Below, piece after piece: positions 12,062 through 23,346 of a stretch of DNA of 50,368 bases (position 1 is its first letter; the number at the start of each line of letters is the position of its first letter). A program made the translations under genes and the position numbers. This stretch comes from Verrucomicrobiota bacterium (GTDB taxonomy: Bacteria > Verrucomicrobiota > Verrucomicrobiia > Chthoniobacterales > UBA6821). Where the stretch lies: NCBI GenBank assembly GCA_008933015.1, contig WBXH01000003.1, positions 1-50,368 on the forward strand. The letters are read 5' to 3'. The notes under the pieces are model-generated. The model saw only the letters and a list, made by a program, of their open reading frames with translations. It did not search any database and was not told where the DNA came from.

Positions 12062-12781
12062 TTAATACCCCTCGAAAACGCTCTTGGTCTGGGCATCAGG
12101 ATCTTTGATCTTGGGGAGGCCCATTTTCTGACCACTAAGGATGAGCCAGCTCTTTTTCTGCTTTTCGGTAAGGACTGCAAGCATTTGCTTGGAAGTCTGA
12201 CCCTGCAGATTGTGAAGGCTGAGATCCTTCAGGAAAGAAGACCCCATGGAGTTATTATACTTCGCGTTGATTGCGGTAATCTGTGAACTCTGGCTAACTG
12301 AGATCGCGGCAATCTTTTGCTGCTGCTGGACACTGAGTCCGAGCAGTTGCTGCTCGGCGGGCGAGGTCAGAAGATTCCCCTTGAGTTGCTGACGCTCGAT
12401 TTGACGGAGGCGGTCCTGCTGTGATGAGCTCAGCACGGCAAGGGCGCGCTCGTTGTATTTTTGGCGGAGCTTCCTGAGGTCCCAACCGGCACGCAGGGCT
12501 GCATCCTCGCCATCCATACCGATCGCCGTGATCTTGCGGGCACGTGACTTGTATTCGGAGCGAAGGGAATCAAGCAACGCACATTGAAGGGAGGAGAGTT
12601 TCAGATCCTGCCTAACGGGGTCGAGTCCCAGCAGGACCGCAACAGATCCAGGGTGATCATCTCCTCCACCGGCATCACCGCGCCCCTCCGTCACCATTCC
12701 GGCACCTGACTGGTTCTGAACAACAGTGGAGCAACCCGTGAAGGCCAGAAGCACAAAAGCGAGAGGGAGGAGATATTTCAT
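12062..12781 (-). CDS. Lipoprotein with Spy/CpxP-like (LTxxQ) helical repeats
   Basis: Lipobox LAFTG-C17; motifs LKLSSLQ, VLSSSQQDRLRQI, LGLSVQQQQKI, VLTEKQKKSW. Confidence 0.7.
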   Translation of the reverse strand: MKYLLPLAFVLLAFTGCSTVVQNQSGAGMVTEGRGDAGGGDDHPGSVAVLLGLDPVRQDLKLSSLQCALLDSLRSEYKSRARKITAIGMDGEDAALRAGWDLRKLRQKYNERALAVLSSSQQDRLRQIERQQLKGNLLTSPAEQQLLGLSVQQQQKIAAISVSQSSQITAINAKYNNSMGSSFLKDLSLHNLQGQTSKQMLAVLTEKQKKSWLILSGQKMGLPKIKDPDAQTKSVFEGY

Positions 12782-12813
12782 GGATCAGTGCAGGTAAATC
12801 CGGTGATAGGGAA

Positions 12814-13767
12814 TCAGGAAGCCTGGGCAATCATGCCCTCAAGCTTGACAATATCAGCACCGAATTTGCGGATCCCCTCGGCGAGCTTGTCCGTGGCCAT
12901 CGCATCCTCGTTGAGCAACCAACGGAAACTCTTCTCGTCGACGGGGATCTCCTCGATCTCCATTCCCTTGGCGGCCTCGGGTGAGAGGACGCGGACAAGG
13001 GGCTCATTGGACTCCTCAAGCTTCTCAAGGATATCAGGGCTGATCGTGAGAAGATCACACCCGGCAAGGGCAACGATTTCACCGGTGTTGCGGAAGCTGG
13101 CTCCCATGACTTGTGTCTCGAATCCGAACTTCTTGAAGTAGTTATAGATCTTGTGGACGGATTGGACTCCGGGATCTTCCATGCCGACATACTCTTTGCC
13201 CGTGGTGGCCTTGTAGTAGTCGTAGATGCGGCCGACGAACGGGGAGATCAACCGGATGCCACCCTCTGCGCAGGCTACGGCCTGAGGCATCGAGAACATG
13301 AGAGTAAGGTTACAATTGATCTTCTCTTTCTGAAGGATCTCGGCGGCACGGATTCCTTCCCAAGTGGAGGCAATCTTGATCAAAACGCGCTCACGACTAA
13401 CCCCAACCTTCTCGTAGAGGCCGATCAAATAACGGGCCTTGTCAAGAGTGGCCTCGGTGTCAAAGGAGAGACGTGCATCCACCTCGGTGCTGACGCGACC
13501 CGGAACGATCTTGAGGATCTCGCAACCGAAGAGGATCAGTGTATCGTCGATGACTTTCTTTAAGAGTGCCGAACCCGTTAGACTTGATCCCTTGTTGTCG
13601 GCGATCGCCTTGTCCAGAAGGGTGCGATACTCGGGTTGGAGAACGGCCTTGAGAATGAGCGAGGGATTCGTCGTGGCATCCTGAGGATGAAATTTGCGGA
13701 TATCCTCAAAGTTGCCGGTATCGGCGACGACGGTGGTGAACTGTTTGAGAGACTGGAGTTGGTTCAT
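12814..13767 (-). CDS. tal: Transaldolase
   Basis: [55 protein letters not shown]. Confidence 0.98.
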   Translation of the reverse strand: MNQLQSLKQFTTVVADTGNFEDIRKFHPQDATTNPSLILKAVLQPEYRTLLDKAIADNKGSSLTGSALLKKVIDDTLILFGCEILKIVPGRVSTEVDARLSFDTEATLDKARYLIGLYEKVGVSRERVLIKIASTWEGIRAAEILQKEKINCNLTLMFSMPQAVACAEGGIRLISPFVGRIYDYYKATTGKEYVGMEDPGVQSVHKIYNYFKKFGFETQVMGASFRNTGEIVALAGCDLLTISPDILEKLEESNEPLVRVLSPEAAKGMEIEEIPVDEKSFRWLLNEDAMATDKLAEGIRKFGADIVKLEGMIAQAS

Positions 13768-13830
13768 GCGATTTGTTGTTAGTTTTTAGTTGTGCAGGTT
13801 ATGTCTTGGGAAAGCAATTCCGGAGTTGGA

Positions 13831-15450
13831 TCACTGGGCGGGATGATCAGATCCTCCTTGTCCGATGGAGGCGCGGATAAACTCCCTGAAGAGAGGGTGG
13901 GGAGATTCGGGCTTACTCAGGAACTCCGGATGGAACTGGACAGCCACAAACCAAGGGTGATCCCTGAGTTCGATGATCTCCACGAGGGCCTCGTCCGGAG
14001 ATGTGCCAGAAATCACCATTCCCTTCTTCTCAAGAATATCCCGGTAGGCGTTGTTAAACTCGTAACGGTGGCGGTGGCGCTCGGCAATCTCGGTATGAGC
14101 GTAAATCCCATGGGCTTTGGAACCGGGTTTCAAAACCGCAGGCCATGATCCAAGGCGCATCGAACCTCCCTTGCTGGTGACCTCTTTCTGCTCGTCGAGA
14201 AGGGCGATGACAGGGTGGGCGGTCGTTGGACCAAATTCAGTACTGTTCGCGCCTTCCAGTCCGCAGACATTGCGCGCAAACTCAATTGTCGCAATCTGCA
14301 TTCCAAGGCAAATGCCGAAGTAGGGAATCCCGTGCTCTCTGGCGAAGCGTGCGGCAGCGATTTTCCCCTCGGTGCCACGGTCTCCAAATCCACCCGGAAC
14401 AAGGACTCCGGCCACCCCGGTCAGGTACTTTTCAGCCCCCTCGGCCTCAATCTCCTCTGCGTCGACAATTTGGAGATCGACCCCGCAATCATTGGCCCCA
14501 CCCGCATGACAGAGGGACTCGTAGATGCTCTTGTAGGCATCCTGAAGCTCCACGTACTTACCGACCACGGCCACCGTGATACGGCTTGAGGGATGAATCA
14601 TGGAATGGACGGTTTTTTTCCAGACGGACATGTCTGCCGGGGGCGTTTCTAAACGGAGAAGCTTGCAAACCTTATCATCCAATCCTTCCTCCTGGAGCAT
14701 TAAGGGAAATTCATAGATCGAGTTATCTACATCTCTGGCCTCGATGACTGCATCCACTGGAACGTTGCAGTAGAGGGAGAGCTTTTCCCTAACCTCGGGC
14801 TCGAGGGGCTTCTCCGTACGGCAAATGAGCACCTCGGGCTGCAGGCCGATCTCCCTCAACTTGGCGACGCTTTGCTGCGTCGGCTTGGTCTTCAATTCCC
14901 CCGCAGCCTTAATGTAAGGAATAAGGGTCACGTGCAGCAGGATCGCATTATCATGACCCACCTGCAGGATGAACTGGCGGATCGCTTCCAGAAACGGCAG
15001 CCCCTCGATGTCGCCGGTCGTTCCGCCGATCTCGGTGATAAGGATATCGGCGTTGCCGACCTGCTCGAAGCTACGAATACGACGCTTGATCTCGTCAGTG
15101 ATGTGAGGGATAACCTGTACCGTCTTTCCGAGATAGTCTCCCCTGCGCTCGTTTGAAAGGACTGTCTCGTAGACCTGTCCGCTCGTCAGGTTGTTCTCAC
15201 GTGTCAGCGTGCACTTGGTAAAACGCTCGTAATGGCCCAGATCAAGATCCGTCTCGGCTCCATCGGCCAGGACGTAGACCTCGCCGTGCTGGAGCGGATT
15301 CATCGTACCAGGATCGACATTAAGGTACGGATCGAGTTTCTGGAGCGTCACACGAAGGCCGCGATGCTCAAGAAGAGTCCCCAGTGAAGCACCGGCAAGC
15401 CCCTTGCCGAGCGAACTTACCACACCACCCGTCACGAAAATATACTTCAT
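13831..15450 (-). CDS. pyrG: CTP synthase
   Basis: [54 protein letters not shown]. Confidence 0.98.
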   Translation of the reverse strand: MKYIFVTGGVVSSLGKGLAGASLGTLLEHRGLRVTLQKLDPYLNVDPGTMNPLQHGEVYVLADGAETDLDLGHYERFTKCTLTRENNLTSGQVYETVLSNERRGDYLGKTVQVIPHITDEIKRRIRSFEQVGNADILITEIGGTTGDIEGLPFLEAIRQFILQVGHDNAILLHVTLIPYIKAAGELKTKPTQQSVAKLREIGLQPEVLICRTEKPLEPEVREKLSLYCNVPVDAVIEARDVDNSIYEFPLMLQEEGLDDKVCKLLRLETPPADMSVWKKTVHSMIHPSSRITVAVVGKYVELQDAYKSIYESLCHAGGANDCGVDLQIVDAEEIEAEGAEKYLTGVAGVLVPGGFGDRGTEGKIAAARFAREHGIPYFGICLGMQIATIEFARNVCGLEGANSTEFGPTTAHPVIALLDEQKEVTSKGGSMRLGSWPAVLKPGSKAHGIYAHTEIAERHRHRYEFNNAYRDILEKKGMVISGTSPDEALVEIIELRDHPWFVAVQFHPEFLSKPESPHPLFREFIRASIGQGGSDHPAQ

Positions 15451-15547
15451 GGGTTAGGTATCTTAGGGAAGTGGACAGGAAAATCCAGCACGGCCATGCG
15501 GCAGGAGAAAGATTTCCCGCCGAGTCCCTTGCAGAGAGGGAGTTCGC

Positions 15548-16111
15548 TCAAAGTGTCACCCCGAGTAACCGAGCAAAAAGCTCTCGGCGACGCTCATGCT
15601 CCTCATCACTGAGAACAGAAACCATCGTTCCGAAATCAGTCTCCGGAAGCTCCACCCAAGATCTGCATCCGCCGAATCCCTCCTCCATCGGCAGGAGCGA
15701 AGGGGGTTCGAGGCGGTAGACGCGGACGAAGGCCACATGGATTCCATTGCCGCCGAGGGAGGCGGACTTGGTATCGTAGACAAATCGTTCCTCAATCACC
15801 GAGGCATCAAGCACATGCAGTTCCTTCAGACTGTGTACGGCCTTTTTGTCCTCGAGCCGCCCACTCCACTCGACCGTGGCGACATAGCTAATCATGACAT
15901 TATCGGGAGCCTGGGCTGGCAGTGCGACATCCTCTTTTCTGATTTTGTCAATCTGACCATGGAACCAGGTGGGAAACAGATAGAACTCCCCATGTTCAAA
16001 GCCGAATCCACTCCGACCTTCGGCAATGCCTCCTTTGCGCAGAATCACGCTCTGCTCTCCTTTGCCAAGGGCTTCGCAAACGAGAGCCCACTCTTTGAAT
16101 GCAATGGCCAT
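15548..16111 (-). CDS. DUF1802-like protein
   Basis: Start MAIAFKEW at 16111; ALGKGEQSVILRKGGIAEG, FYLFPTWFH, GGCRSWVEL. Confidence 0.8.
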   Translation of the reverse strand: MAIAFKEWALVCEALGKGEQSVILRKGGIAEGRSGFGFEHGEFYLFPTWFHGQIDKIRKEDVALPAQAPDNVMISYVATVEWSGRLEDKKAVHSLKELHVLDASVIEERFVYDTKSASLGGNGIHVAFVRVYRLEPPSLLPMEEGFGGCRSWVELPETDFGTMVSVLSDEEHERRRELFARLLGVTL

Positions 16112-16200
16112 ACATCTGTTTAACCCAAAAAAACGTGTCAAAAAGTAAAAATCAAGGCGATCTCTCCTTTCCCTTGGCAACCCCGCCTTCCGCATCAAGA

Positions 16201-16908
16201 ATGTCGCCGATGCTTCACTCCTTCGACCTGCACCTACATACCCACTACTCTGCAGATGCGTGCGGCTCCCCCGAGGCCATGATTGATGCAGCAAAGCAGC
16301 GTGGACTGAGCGGTATCGCAGTCACGGACCACAATACCTGTGCGGCAGTCGAACATCTTAAGGGTGCCGGACTGATCCGGGAGGATGGGGCAGCCGTTGA
16401 CGGATTCCTGATCATTCCCGGGGTGGAGGTCTCCACGGCAGACGGACATCTTCTCTGTCTTGGAATAACGCTCCCGAACATGAAGGGAGCTTCTGCCCTT
16501 GAAGTGGCTAACACAGTGAAGGATCGCGGGGGGATTTGCATCGCCCCCCACCCTTACGACTCTTTCCGCGCAGGCATCCGTGAAAAAATCCTTGATCAGC
16601 TCGATCTCGCCGCCTTGGAGACATTCAATGCGGCGGTCACTCTCCGTGGATTCAACGCAAAGGCCTCAGCTTATGCCTCCCGTCGCGGACTTGCTGGAAC
16701 TGCAGCAAGTGATGCTCACCATGCCTCGGCAGCTGGCATCTGCTCCACCTCCTACGACTTGCCAGAACTTACCGTTGCCGCCCTCCTCGATGCTATCCCC
16801 CGAGGTGGCGATCGAAACGAAAACTATCTCTCCTTTTCGGAAGGAATGAAAAAGAATTTCGGCAACTGGTTCCGCATCTTAAATCCCTCTCCGGGCCGAT
16901 CCATTTGA
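16201..16908 (+). CDS. PHP domain metal-dependent phosphoesterase
   Basis: DLHLHTHYS, IAVTDHN, IPGVEVSTADGH, PHPY, ASDAH; start ATG 16201 or 16210. Confidence 0.9.
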   Translation: MSPMLHSFDLHLHTHYSADACGSPEAMIDAAKQRGLSGIAVTDHNTCAAVEHLKGAGLIREDGAAVDGFLIIPGVEVSTADGHLLCLGITLPNMKGASALEVANTVKDRGGICIAPHPYDSFRAGIREKILDQLDLAALETFNAAVTLRGFNAKASAYASRRGLAGTAASDAHHASAAGICSTSYDLPELTVAALLDAIPRGGDRNENYLSFSEGMKKNFGNWFRILNPSPGRSI

Positions 16909-16990
16909 GATTAGTAATTGCCGATTTCTATAAAAGGCCACTGATTTTCACCCCTGTTTTCAATAACCCATCACCTATTCCCCACTCGCC

Positions 16991-19294
16991 GTGATCGAAA
17001 AACACCTCGTCCAAATCACCAACGAACTCGGTTTGCAAGCCCGCCAGGTCGCCGCAACAGCAGTCCTTCTCGAGGAGGGATCAACAGTTCCATTCATTGC
17101 CCGTTACCGGAAGGAGAGAACGGGTGAACTGGACGAGGTCAAGATCACGGCCATCCGCGATCGCCTGGAGCAACTTGAGATGCTCGACAAGCGACGAGAG
17201 TCGATCATCTCCTCACTGGATGAACGCAAGCTCCTGACAGAGGAACTTCGGGCCAAAGTCGAGACGGCACCCACCCTGAACTCACTCGAGGATATCTACC
17301 TTCCCTTCAAGCCGAGGAAACGAACACGTGCCACGATCGCCAAGGAACTGGGCCTTGAACCCCTCTCCGAGATCCTTTGGGCTCAGGATTCCACAACCGA
17401 TCCTGAGGCACTTGCGGCTCCATATATCGGCAACACCGTCACGGTTGACGCCAAGACCTCCACAGTGGATACCATCGCAACCGTCCTCGCCGGAGCTCGC
17501 GACATCCTCGCGGAACGGATTAACGACGATGCAACCGCCCGTGCCCAACTCCGTAGTCTTTATCTGAACAAAGGGACTATCAAATCGACCGTGATCTCCG
17601 GCAAGGAGGAGGAGGGAGCCAAGTTCAAGGATTACTTCGACTGGAGCGAACCCGCCGCCACGGCCCCATCCCACCGTATTCTGGCGATGCGTCGTGGAGA
17701 GACAGAGGGATTTCTCTACTTCCGCCTGACCCCTCCCGAGAACGAGGCGCTCGGAACTCTCTTCGGTCTCTTCGTCAGGGGAACATCCCCCGCCGCCAAA
17801 CAGGTGCAACTTGCCTGCGAGGACTGCCTCAAGCGACTGGTTGGCTTCGCCATGGAGGTGGAGGCCCGCGGCTTCTACAAGAAAAAGGCCGATGAGGAGG
17901 CGATCCGCGTCTTCGCCGATAACCTTCGCGAACTTTTGCTGGCCTCCCCTCTCGGCCAGAAGATCACGCTAGGAATAGACCCCGGATTCCGCACTGGATG
18001 CAAAGTCGTGCTTCTTGACCGCCAGGGAAAGCTTCTCGCCAATGAGGTGATCTATCCCGGCAGGGGGCGCGGCGAGGAACTTGAAGCCGCGGAAGCAATC
18101 CTGAACATGGTCCGCCTCCACAAGGTCGAGGCAATCGCCATCGGAAACGGCACCGCCTCGCGCGAGACAGAGACTTTCGTCAAGAAGCTCAACCTTCCCT
18201 CTTCCGTCCAGATCGTAGTGGTGAGTGAGAGTGGTGCCTCGATCTACTCAGCCAGCGAGATTGCTAGAGAGGAGTTCCAAGACCTTGACCTTACTGTCCG
18301 TGGAGCCGTCTCCATCGGTCGTCGCCTCATGGACCCGCTTGCCGAACTTGTGAAGCTGGATCCAAAATCAATCGGAGTCGGCCAATACCAGCATGATGTC
18401 GATCAGGCCGCTCTCAAGCGTTCCCTCGACGATGTCGTTATCTCCTGCGTGAACAAGGTGGGAGTCGAACTGAATACCGCCTCACGTCATCTCCTCGCAT
18501 ATGTCTCGGGTCTGAACTCCCGCACGGCGGCAAGCCTTGTCACCCATCGTGACATCAACGGGCCCTTCAAATCGCGTGCTGAGTTACTCAAGATCAGTGG
18601 TCTCGGACCAAAGGCCTTCGAACAGGCAGCCGGGTTCCTCCGGATCCGGGGTGGAGAACATCCCTTGGATGCGAGTTCCGTCCACCCGGAACGCTATGAA
18701 CTCGTGGATCGTATGGCAGCGGATCTCGGCTGCACCGTGCAAGAACTGCTGAAGGATTCCGTAAAACGCACCTCTATCAAGTTAGACAGCTATGTGACCC
18801 CCGAAGTGGGGCTTCCCACACTTAAGGATATCGTCGCCGAATTAGCCAAGCCCGGACGAGATCCCCGCGAGCAGTTTGAGGCCTTCAGTTTTGCCGATGG
18901 AGTGGAGAAGGTGGAAGATCTGCAACCCGGAATGAAGCTCCCCGGCATCGTGACGAACGTCACTGCTTTCGGAGCTTTCGTAGATATCGGCGTCCATCAG
19001 GACGGCCTCGTTCATATCAGCCAGATCAGCGATGACTTTGTAAAAAACCCCGCCGAATTTCTTAAAGTTGGTCAGAAGGTTCAGGCAACGGTTATGGAGG
19101 TAGATCTTTCGCGCAAGCGCATCGCCCTGTCGCTCAAAACCAAGGTCGATCTTGCCCCGCGTCAACCCAAAGGAGCTCCCGGTAACGCTCGAGGCAGTCG
19201 AGGAGAGGACATGAGCCGCTACATGCGCAACGATTCTGGAAAACCCGGCACGGGAGGAGATTGGTTTTCCCAAGCCCAGCAAAAAAGATTTTAA
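16991..19294 (+). CDS. tex: Tex family RNA-binding transcription accessory protein
   Basis: TVPFIARYRKERTG, GIDPGFRTGCK, SIGVGQYQHDV, HhH region, C-terminal S1 domain (FGAFVDIGVHQDGLVHIS). Confidence 0.96.
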   Translation: MIEKHLVQITNELGLQARQVAATAVLLEEGSTVPFIARYRKERTGELDEVKITAIRDRLEQLEMLDKRRESIISSLDERKLLTEELRAKVETAPTLNSLEDIYLPFKPRKRTRATIAKELGLEPLSEILWAQDSTTDPEALAAPYIGNTVTVDAKTSTVDTIATVLAGARDILAERINDDATARAQLRSLYLNKGTIKSTVISGKEEEGAKFKDYFDWSEPAATAPSHRILAMRRGETEGFLYFRLTPPENEALGTLFGLFVRGTSPAAKQVQLACEDCLKRLVGFAMEVEARGFYKKKADEEAIRVFADNLRELLLASPLGQKITLGIDPGFRTGCKVVLLDRQGKLLANEVIYPGRGRGEELEAAEAILNMVRLHKVEAIAIGNGTASRETETFVKKLNLPSSVQIVVVSESGASIYSASEIAREEFQDLDLTVRGAVSIGRRLMDPLAELVKLDPKSIGVGQYQHDVDQAALKRSLDDVVISCVNKVGVELNTASRHLLAYVSGLNSRTAASLVTHRDINGPFKSRAELLKISGLGPKAFEQAAGFLRIRGGEHPLDASSVHPERYELVDRMAADLGCTVQELLKDSVKRTSIKLDSYVTPEVGLPTLKDIVAELAKPGRDPREQFEAFSFADGVEKVEDLQPGMKLPGIVTNVTAFGAFVDIGVHQDGLVHISQISDDFVKNPAEFLKVGQKVQATVMEVDLSRKRIALSLKTKVDLAPRQPKGAPGNARGSRGEDMSRYMRNDSGKPGTGGDWFSQAQQKRF

Positions 19295-19304
19295 CGTACC
19301 GCCC

Positions 19305-20579
19305 ATGAATTCACCTTCCCAAAACTCCGTTTTCCGGGTTCTTCTCGCGAGCCTTGCGGGGACTGCAATCGAGTTTTTCGATTTTTATATTTACGCCACT
19401 GCAGCGGTCCTCGTTTTTCCAAAACTCTTCTTTCCTCAGGGTGACCCAACGGCCGCGACTCTCCAGTCACTAGCCACCTTCTCCCTGGCCTTCTTTGCAA
19501 GACCACTTGGATCGGTCTTTTTTGGTCATTTTGGGGATCGGATCGGGAGGAAAGCAACCTTGGTTGCGGCCCTCCTGACCATGGGCGTCTCCACTGTCTT
19601 GATTGGTCTCTTGCCGACCTATGCATCGATTGGTTTGGCTGCTTCCGGCTTACTCGCCCTTTGCAGATTCGGACAAGGATTCGGGCTTGGAGGAGAATGG
19701 GGGGGGGCTGTTTTGCTCGCCACTGAGAATGCTCCCTCGGGCAAGCGCGACTGGTACGGAATGTTTCCCCAGCTTGGGGCGCCCATCGGCTTCCTATTCT
19801 CCGGGGCAATTTTCCTTCTGCTCAGCAAATACCTGGATGCGGCCAACTTCCTGACATGGGGTTGGAGGGTTCCCTTTCTCGCAAGCAGCGCGCTCGTGCT
19901 CGTGGGGCTCTACGTCCGTCTCAATATCACCGAGACACCCGCCTTCCTGGAAGCATCGTCCCGTGGAAGCCATGTCGCCTTACCAATGGTCGACCTTCTG
20001 CGCAACCATCTCCGCACTGTCATTCTGGGAACATTTGCCGCAGTCGCAACCTTTGTGATCTTTTATATCCTGATCGTCTTTTCGCTCTCCTGGGGCACGA
20101 CGCATCTCGGCTATTCCAGAGAAACCTTTCTGATCATTCAACTTGTCGGCGTGCTCTTTTTCGCCCTTTCGATTCCCTGTACCGCATGGATCTCCTCACG
20201 GATCGGGCGCCGTAACATGCTCCTTCTGGCTTCCCTCGCGATCTTTTTCTTTGGCTTATTCTTCGGCCGCATCTTCTCCGCTGGAACTCCTGGCGTGGTG
20301 TCTACGCTCGTGATCGGTTTTCTACTAATGGGGGTCACTTATGCCCCTCTCGGAACTTTTCTCTCGGAACTCTTCCCTGTGGAGGTCCGCTATACAGGAG
20401 CCTCGATCACCTTCAACATCGCCGGGATTCTAGGGGCATCGCTGACTCCCTATCTCGCAACATCGCTGGCAATTGAGCATGGGCTGGGATCGGTCGGCCT
20501 CTATCTCGCAGGGATGTCAGCGATCAGTCTGATCGCACTTATTCTCACCAAACAGCAGAGGGGAGCAGGCGAAGCTTAA
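19305..20579 (+). CDS. MFS transporter, metabolite:H+ symporter family
   Basis: GTAIEFFDFYIY, GHFGDRIGRK, QGFGLGGEWGGA, WGWRVPFL, SELFPVEVRYTG. Confidence 0.93.
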   Translation: MNSPSQNSVFRVLLASLAGTAIEFFDFYIYATAAVLVFPKLFFPQGDPTAATLQSLATFSLAFFARPLGSVFFGHFGDRIGRKATLVAALLTMGVSTVLIGLLPTYASIGLAASGLLALCRFGQGFGLGGEWGGAVLLATENAPSGKRDWYGMFPQLGAPIGFLFSGAIFLLLSKYLDAANFLTWGWRVPFLASSALVLVGLYVRLNITETPAFLEASSRGSHVALPMVDLLRNHLRTVILGTFAAVATFVIFYILIVFSLSWGTTHLGYSRETFLIIQLVGVLFFALSIPCTAWISSRIGRRNMLLLASLAIFFFGLFFGRIFSAGTPGVVSTLVIGFLLMGVTYAPLGTFLSELFPVEVRYTGASITFNIAGILGASLTPYLATSLAIEHGLGSVGLYLAGMSAISLIALILTKQQRGAGEA

Positions 20580-22171
20580 AACCTCCTGATGAAGGTGTCT
20601 CTAAGGAACCTTGCATCGTCGTGACCGGGATAATCCAGGGTGAAGTGAAGACCTCGGCTTTCTTTCCTGCTCATGGCACAATCCACGATCAATGAGGCCG
20701 TTGTGGCTAGGTTACGGAGCTCCAATAGATCGGCCGTGATTTTGAAATTCCAATAAAATTCCTGAATCTCATTCTGAAGATTGCGAAGCCTGTGGGCCGC
20801 CCTCTGCAGACGCTTGTCGGTGCGAACAATGCCGACATAATCCCACATAAGTCGTCTGATTTCATCCCAGTTGTGGTAGATGACAACCAACTCGTCGACA
20901 TCCTGAACTTTCCCGGGACGCCACTCCGGCAACTCAACTTCGATCCCCTGCCGATGATGGTTGCGGCTAGCCTTGGCCTCAGCTCGGTGCGCCATCACAA
21001 GCGCCTCCAGAAGTGAGTTGCTAGCCAGTCGGTTGGCGCCATGCAGACCAGTGCAAGCGGCTTCCCCCACGGCATAGAGTCCCCGGAGGGAGGTCTCTCC
21101 ATTCAGATCGGTTTTCACCCCTCCGCACTGATAATGGGCTGCTGGAACGACAGGAATAGGTTGATGGGTGATATCGATCCCAAGCTTGAGACATGTCTCG
21201 TGAATGGTAGGAAAACGTTCCCTGATGAATTCCGCCTTCAAATGCGAGATATCGAGGTAGACGCAAGGCTTCCCAGTACGCTTCATCTCCGCATCGATGG
21301 CCCGGGCCACGATGTCGCGAGGGGCAAGTTCATGACGCTTGTCATATTTTCCCATGAAGCGCTTGCCCCGATCGTCCACTAGGAACCCTCCCTCCCCGCG
21401 CGCTGCCTCGGTAATTAAAAAGGACTTTGCCTGCGGATGAAAGAGACAGGTCGGGTGAAACTGCATGAACTCCATGTTGGCGATCGCCGCGCCAGCCCGC
21501 CAGGCCATCGCGACACCGTCACCGGTGGCAATACTGGGGTTTGTCGTGTACTGGTAGACCCTCCCACACCCCCCCGTGGCGAGGACAGTGACATCGGTAC
21601 GGAGTGTCTCTACTTCACCACTTAACTCGTCCAACACATAGAGCCCGACACAACCATCCTGCATCGCATAGCCGAGCTTACCGGTAGTGATCAAATCGAC
21701 AGCCATGTGGTTCTCCATCACCGTGATATTTGGGTGGACGGCCACGGCTTCCAGAAGGGTCTTCTCGATCTCAAAGCCAGTCGCATCCTTGGCATGCAGG
21801 ATACGGCGTTTCGAATGTCCCCCTTCACGTGCGAGATCAGGCTCCCTGATGCCTTCAGGGCCTGTTCGCTCGTCAAAATGCATCCCCAGTGAGACAAGCT
21901 CAGCAATACGCTCCGGCCCTTCGCTCACGATCGTGCGGACCACCTCCTCGTTGCAGAGCCCATCGCCTGCGATGAGGGTGTCAGTCACATGAAGGGAGAC
22001 CGAGTCCTCGCTGCTGGTGACACAGGCAATCCCGCCCTGAGCCCAGGCAGTGTTGGAATCGGCGCGGGATTTCTTCGTGACGATGGCAACGCTTCCTCGT
22101 TCAGCTGCTTTCAATGCAAAAGTGAGTCCAGCCAAACCGCTCCCCACGACGACGTAGTCAAAGGTCTTCAT
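20576..22171 (-). CDS. nadB: L-aspartate oxidase
   Basis: VVGSGLAG, WAQGGIA, REGGHSKRRILH, QFHPT, AAHYQCGG, GLHGANRLASNSLLE, ESRGLH. Confidence 0.97.
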   Translation of the reverse strand: MKTFDYVVVGSGLAGLTFALKAAERGSVAIVTKKSRADSNTAWAQGGIACVTSSEDSVSLHVTDTLIAGDGLCNEEVVRTIVSEGPERIAELVSLGMHFDERTGPEGIREPDLAREGGHSKRRILHAKDATGFEIEKTLLEAVAVHPNITVMENHMAVDLITTGKLGYAMQDGCVGLYVLDELSGEVETLRTDVTVLATGGCGRVYQYTTNPSIATGDGVAMAWRAGAAIANMEFMQFHPTCLFHPQAKSFLITEAARGEGGFLVDDRGKRFMGKYDKRHELAPRDIVARAIDAEMKRTGKPCVYLDISHLKAEFIRERFPTIHETCLKLGIDITHQPIPVVPAAHYQCGGVKTDLNGETSLRGLYAVGEAACTGLHGANRLASNSLLEALVMAHRAEAKASRNHHRQGIEVELPEWRPGKVQDVDELVVIYHNWDEIRRLMWDYVGIVRTDKRLQRAAHRLRNLQNEIQEFYWNFKITADLLELRNLATTASLIVDCAMSRKESRGLHFTLDYPGHDDARFLRDTFIRRF

Positions 22172-23025
22172 CGGGGAGTGGGTAGTGCCATATTGTCAAT
22201 GAGGCGGACATCACCGAAGCGCACAGCCACAAGGGCACGTGCGGGATTTTTGGCGTCGAGTTTTTTGAGAGGGGATAAGGTCGATTCATGCATGATTTCC
22301 GCGTAATCCAGACTGGCACCAGGAATGGCTGCGAGGTCCATGATTAAATTCCGCCGGAGTCGGGCCACGGAAACCTCACCTCCTGCGACTTCCATCGATC
22401 TAGCCTTCAATGTTTGGTAGATTCGGGGGGCCATTGATCGGTTCTCCCGTGAAAGAAAACGGTTTCTGGAACTAAGCGCCAAGCCGTCTTTCTCCCTTAC
22501 GGTCCGACATCCCTTAATCGTGACAGGCATCCTGAGATCACGGACCATGCGACGGATAACAGCCAGTTGCTGCCAGTCCTTCTCGCCGAAGATGGCGATA
22601 TCTGGAGCAACGATCTGGAACAGCATCGCAACCACTGTGCAGACGCCGTCAAAGTGTCCCGGCCTCGAGCCCCCGCATAAGCCACTAGAAAGCGATTTCT
22701 CATGTATCGAAACGGAGTGATCCCGAGCGTACATAGCTTCCGGTGATGGGTGAAAAAGCAGATCCACACCCTCCTCCCTGCACAGCTTGCGATCGGCGGC
22801 AAAAGGCCTGGGATAACGGGATAGATCCTCCTTGGGACCGAACTGGGTAGGATTCACGAAAATTGAGAGCACGACGCTACCCTTCGGTCCGGCTGTTCGC
22901 CTCGCCTGCCGAATCAACGAGGCATGGCCCGCGTGCAATGCACCCATGGTAGGCACAAAAACAATGGGGGATGGTGCCATCCTGCACCAGGCGGTGGCGG
23001 CGCTGATCTGCGCGGCCGTTTTCAC
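22168..23025 (-). CDS. panC: Pantoate-beta-alanine ligase
   Basis: FVPTMGALHAGH, SIFVNPTQF, SRPGHFDGV, FGEKDWQQ, GLALSSRN, VRLIDN. Confidence 0.97.
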   Translation of the reverse strand: MKTAAQISAATAWCRMAPSPIVFVPTMGALHAGHASLIRQARRTAGPKGSVVLSIFVNPTQFGPKEDLSRYPRPFAADRKLCREEGVDLLFHPSPEAMYARDHSVSIHEKSLSSGLCGGSRPGHFDGVCTVVAMLFQIVAPDIAIFGEKDWQQLAVIRRMVRDLRMPVTIKGCRTVREKDGLALSSRNRFLSRENRSMAPRIYQTLKARSMEVAGGEVSVARLRRNLIMDLAAIPGASLDYAEIMHESTLSPLKKLDAKNPARALVAVRFGDVRLIDNMALPTPR

Positions 23026-23031
23026 GCCGCT

Positions 23032-23346
23032 TTATTTGGCAGGTGAAGAAACCGGCGCGGGTGCCTTCAGGAGTTGCTTCTGAATTGCTGTCGGCCCGGA
23101 GAAGGATTTTACCTGCAACACCGAAATGAGAAGCGTCAGCAAAAAGAAGAGGCCACCTAGCCAGACCGTGAACTTTGTCAGCACCGTCGTGGTCTGGGCT
23201 CCGAAGAGGTTGTCCGTGAGGCCACCACCGAACGCGGCCCCCAACCCTTCGCTCTTGGGGCGTTGCATGAGAATTGTGAGGATCATCAGCAGGCAGATGA
23301 TCACCAGGAACGATACGAGGATAGGCATGAGGAGCCACATAGGCAT
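23032..23346 (-). CDS. secG: Preprotein translocase subunit SecG
   Basis: Two TM helices around ILMQRPKSEGLGAAFGGG...LFGA...LTKFT. Confidence 0.93.
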   Translation of the reverse strand: MPMWLLMPILVSFLVIICLLMILTILMQRPKSEGLGAAFGGGLTDNLFGAQTTTVLTKFTVWLGGLFFLLTLLISVLQVKSFSGPTAIQKQLLKAPAPVSSPAK

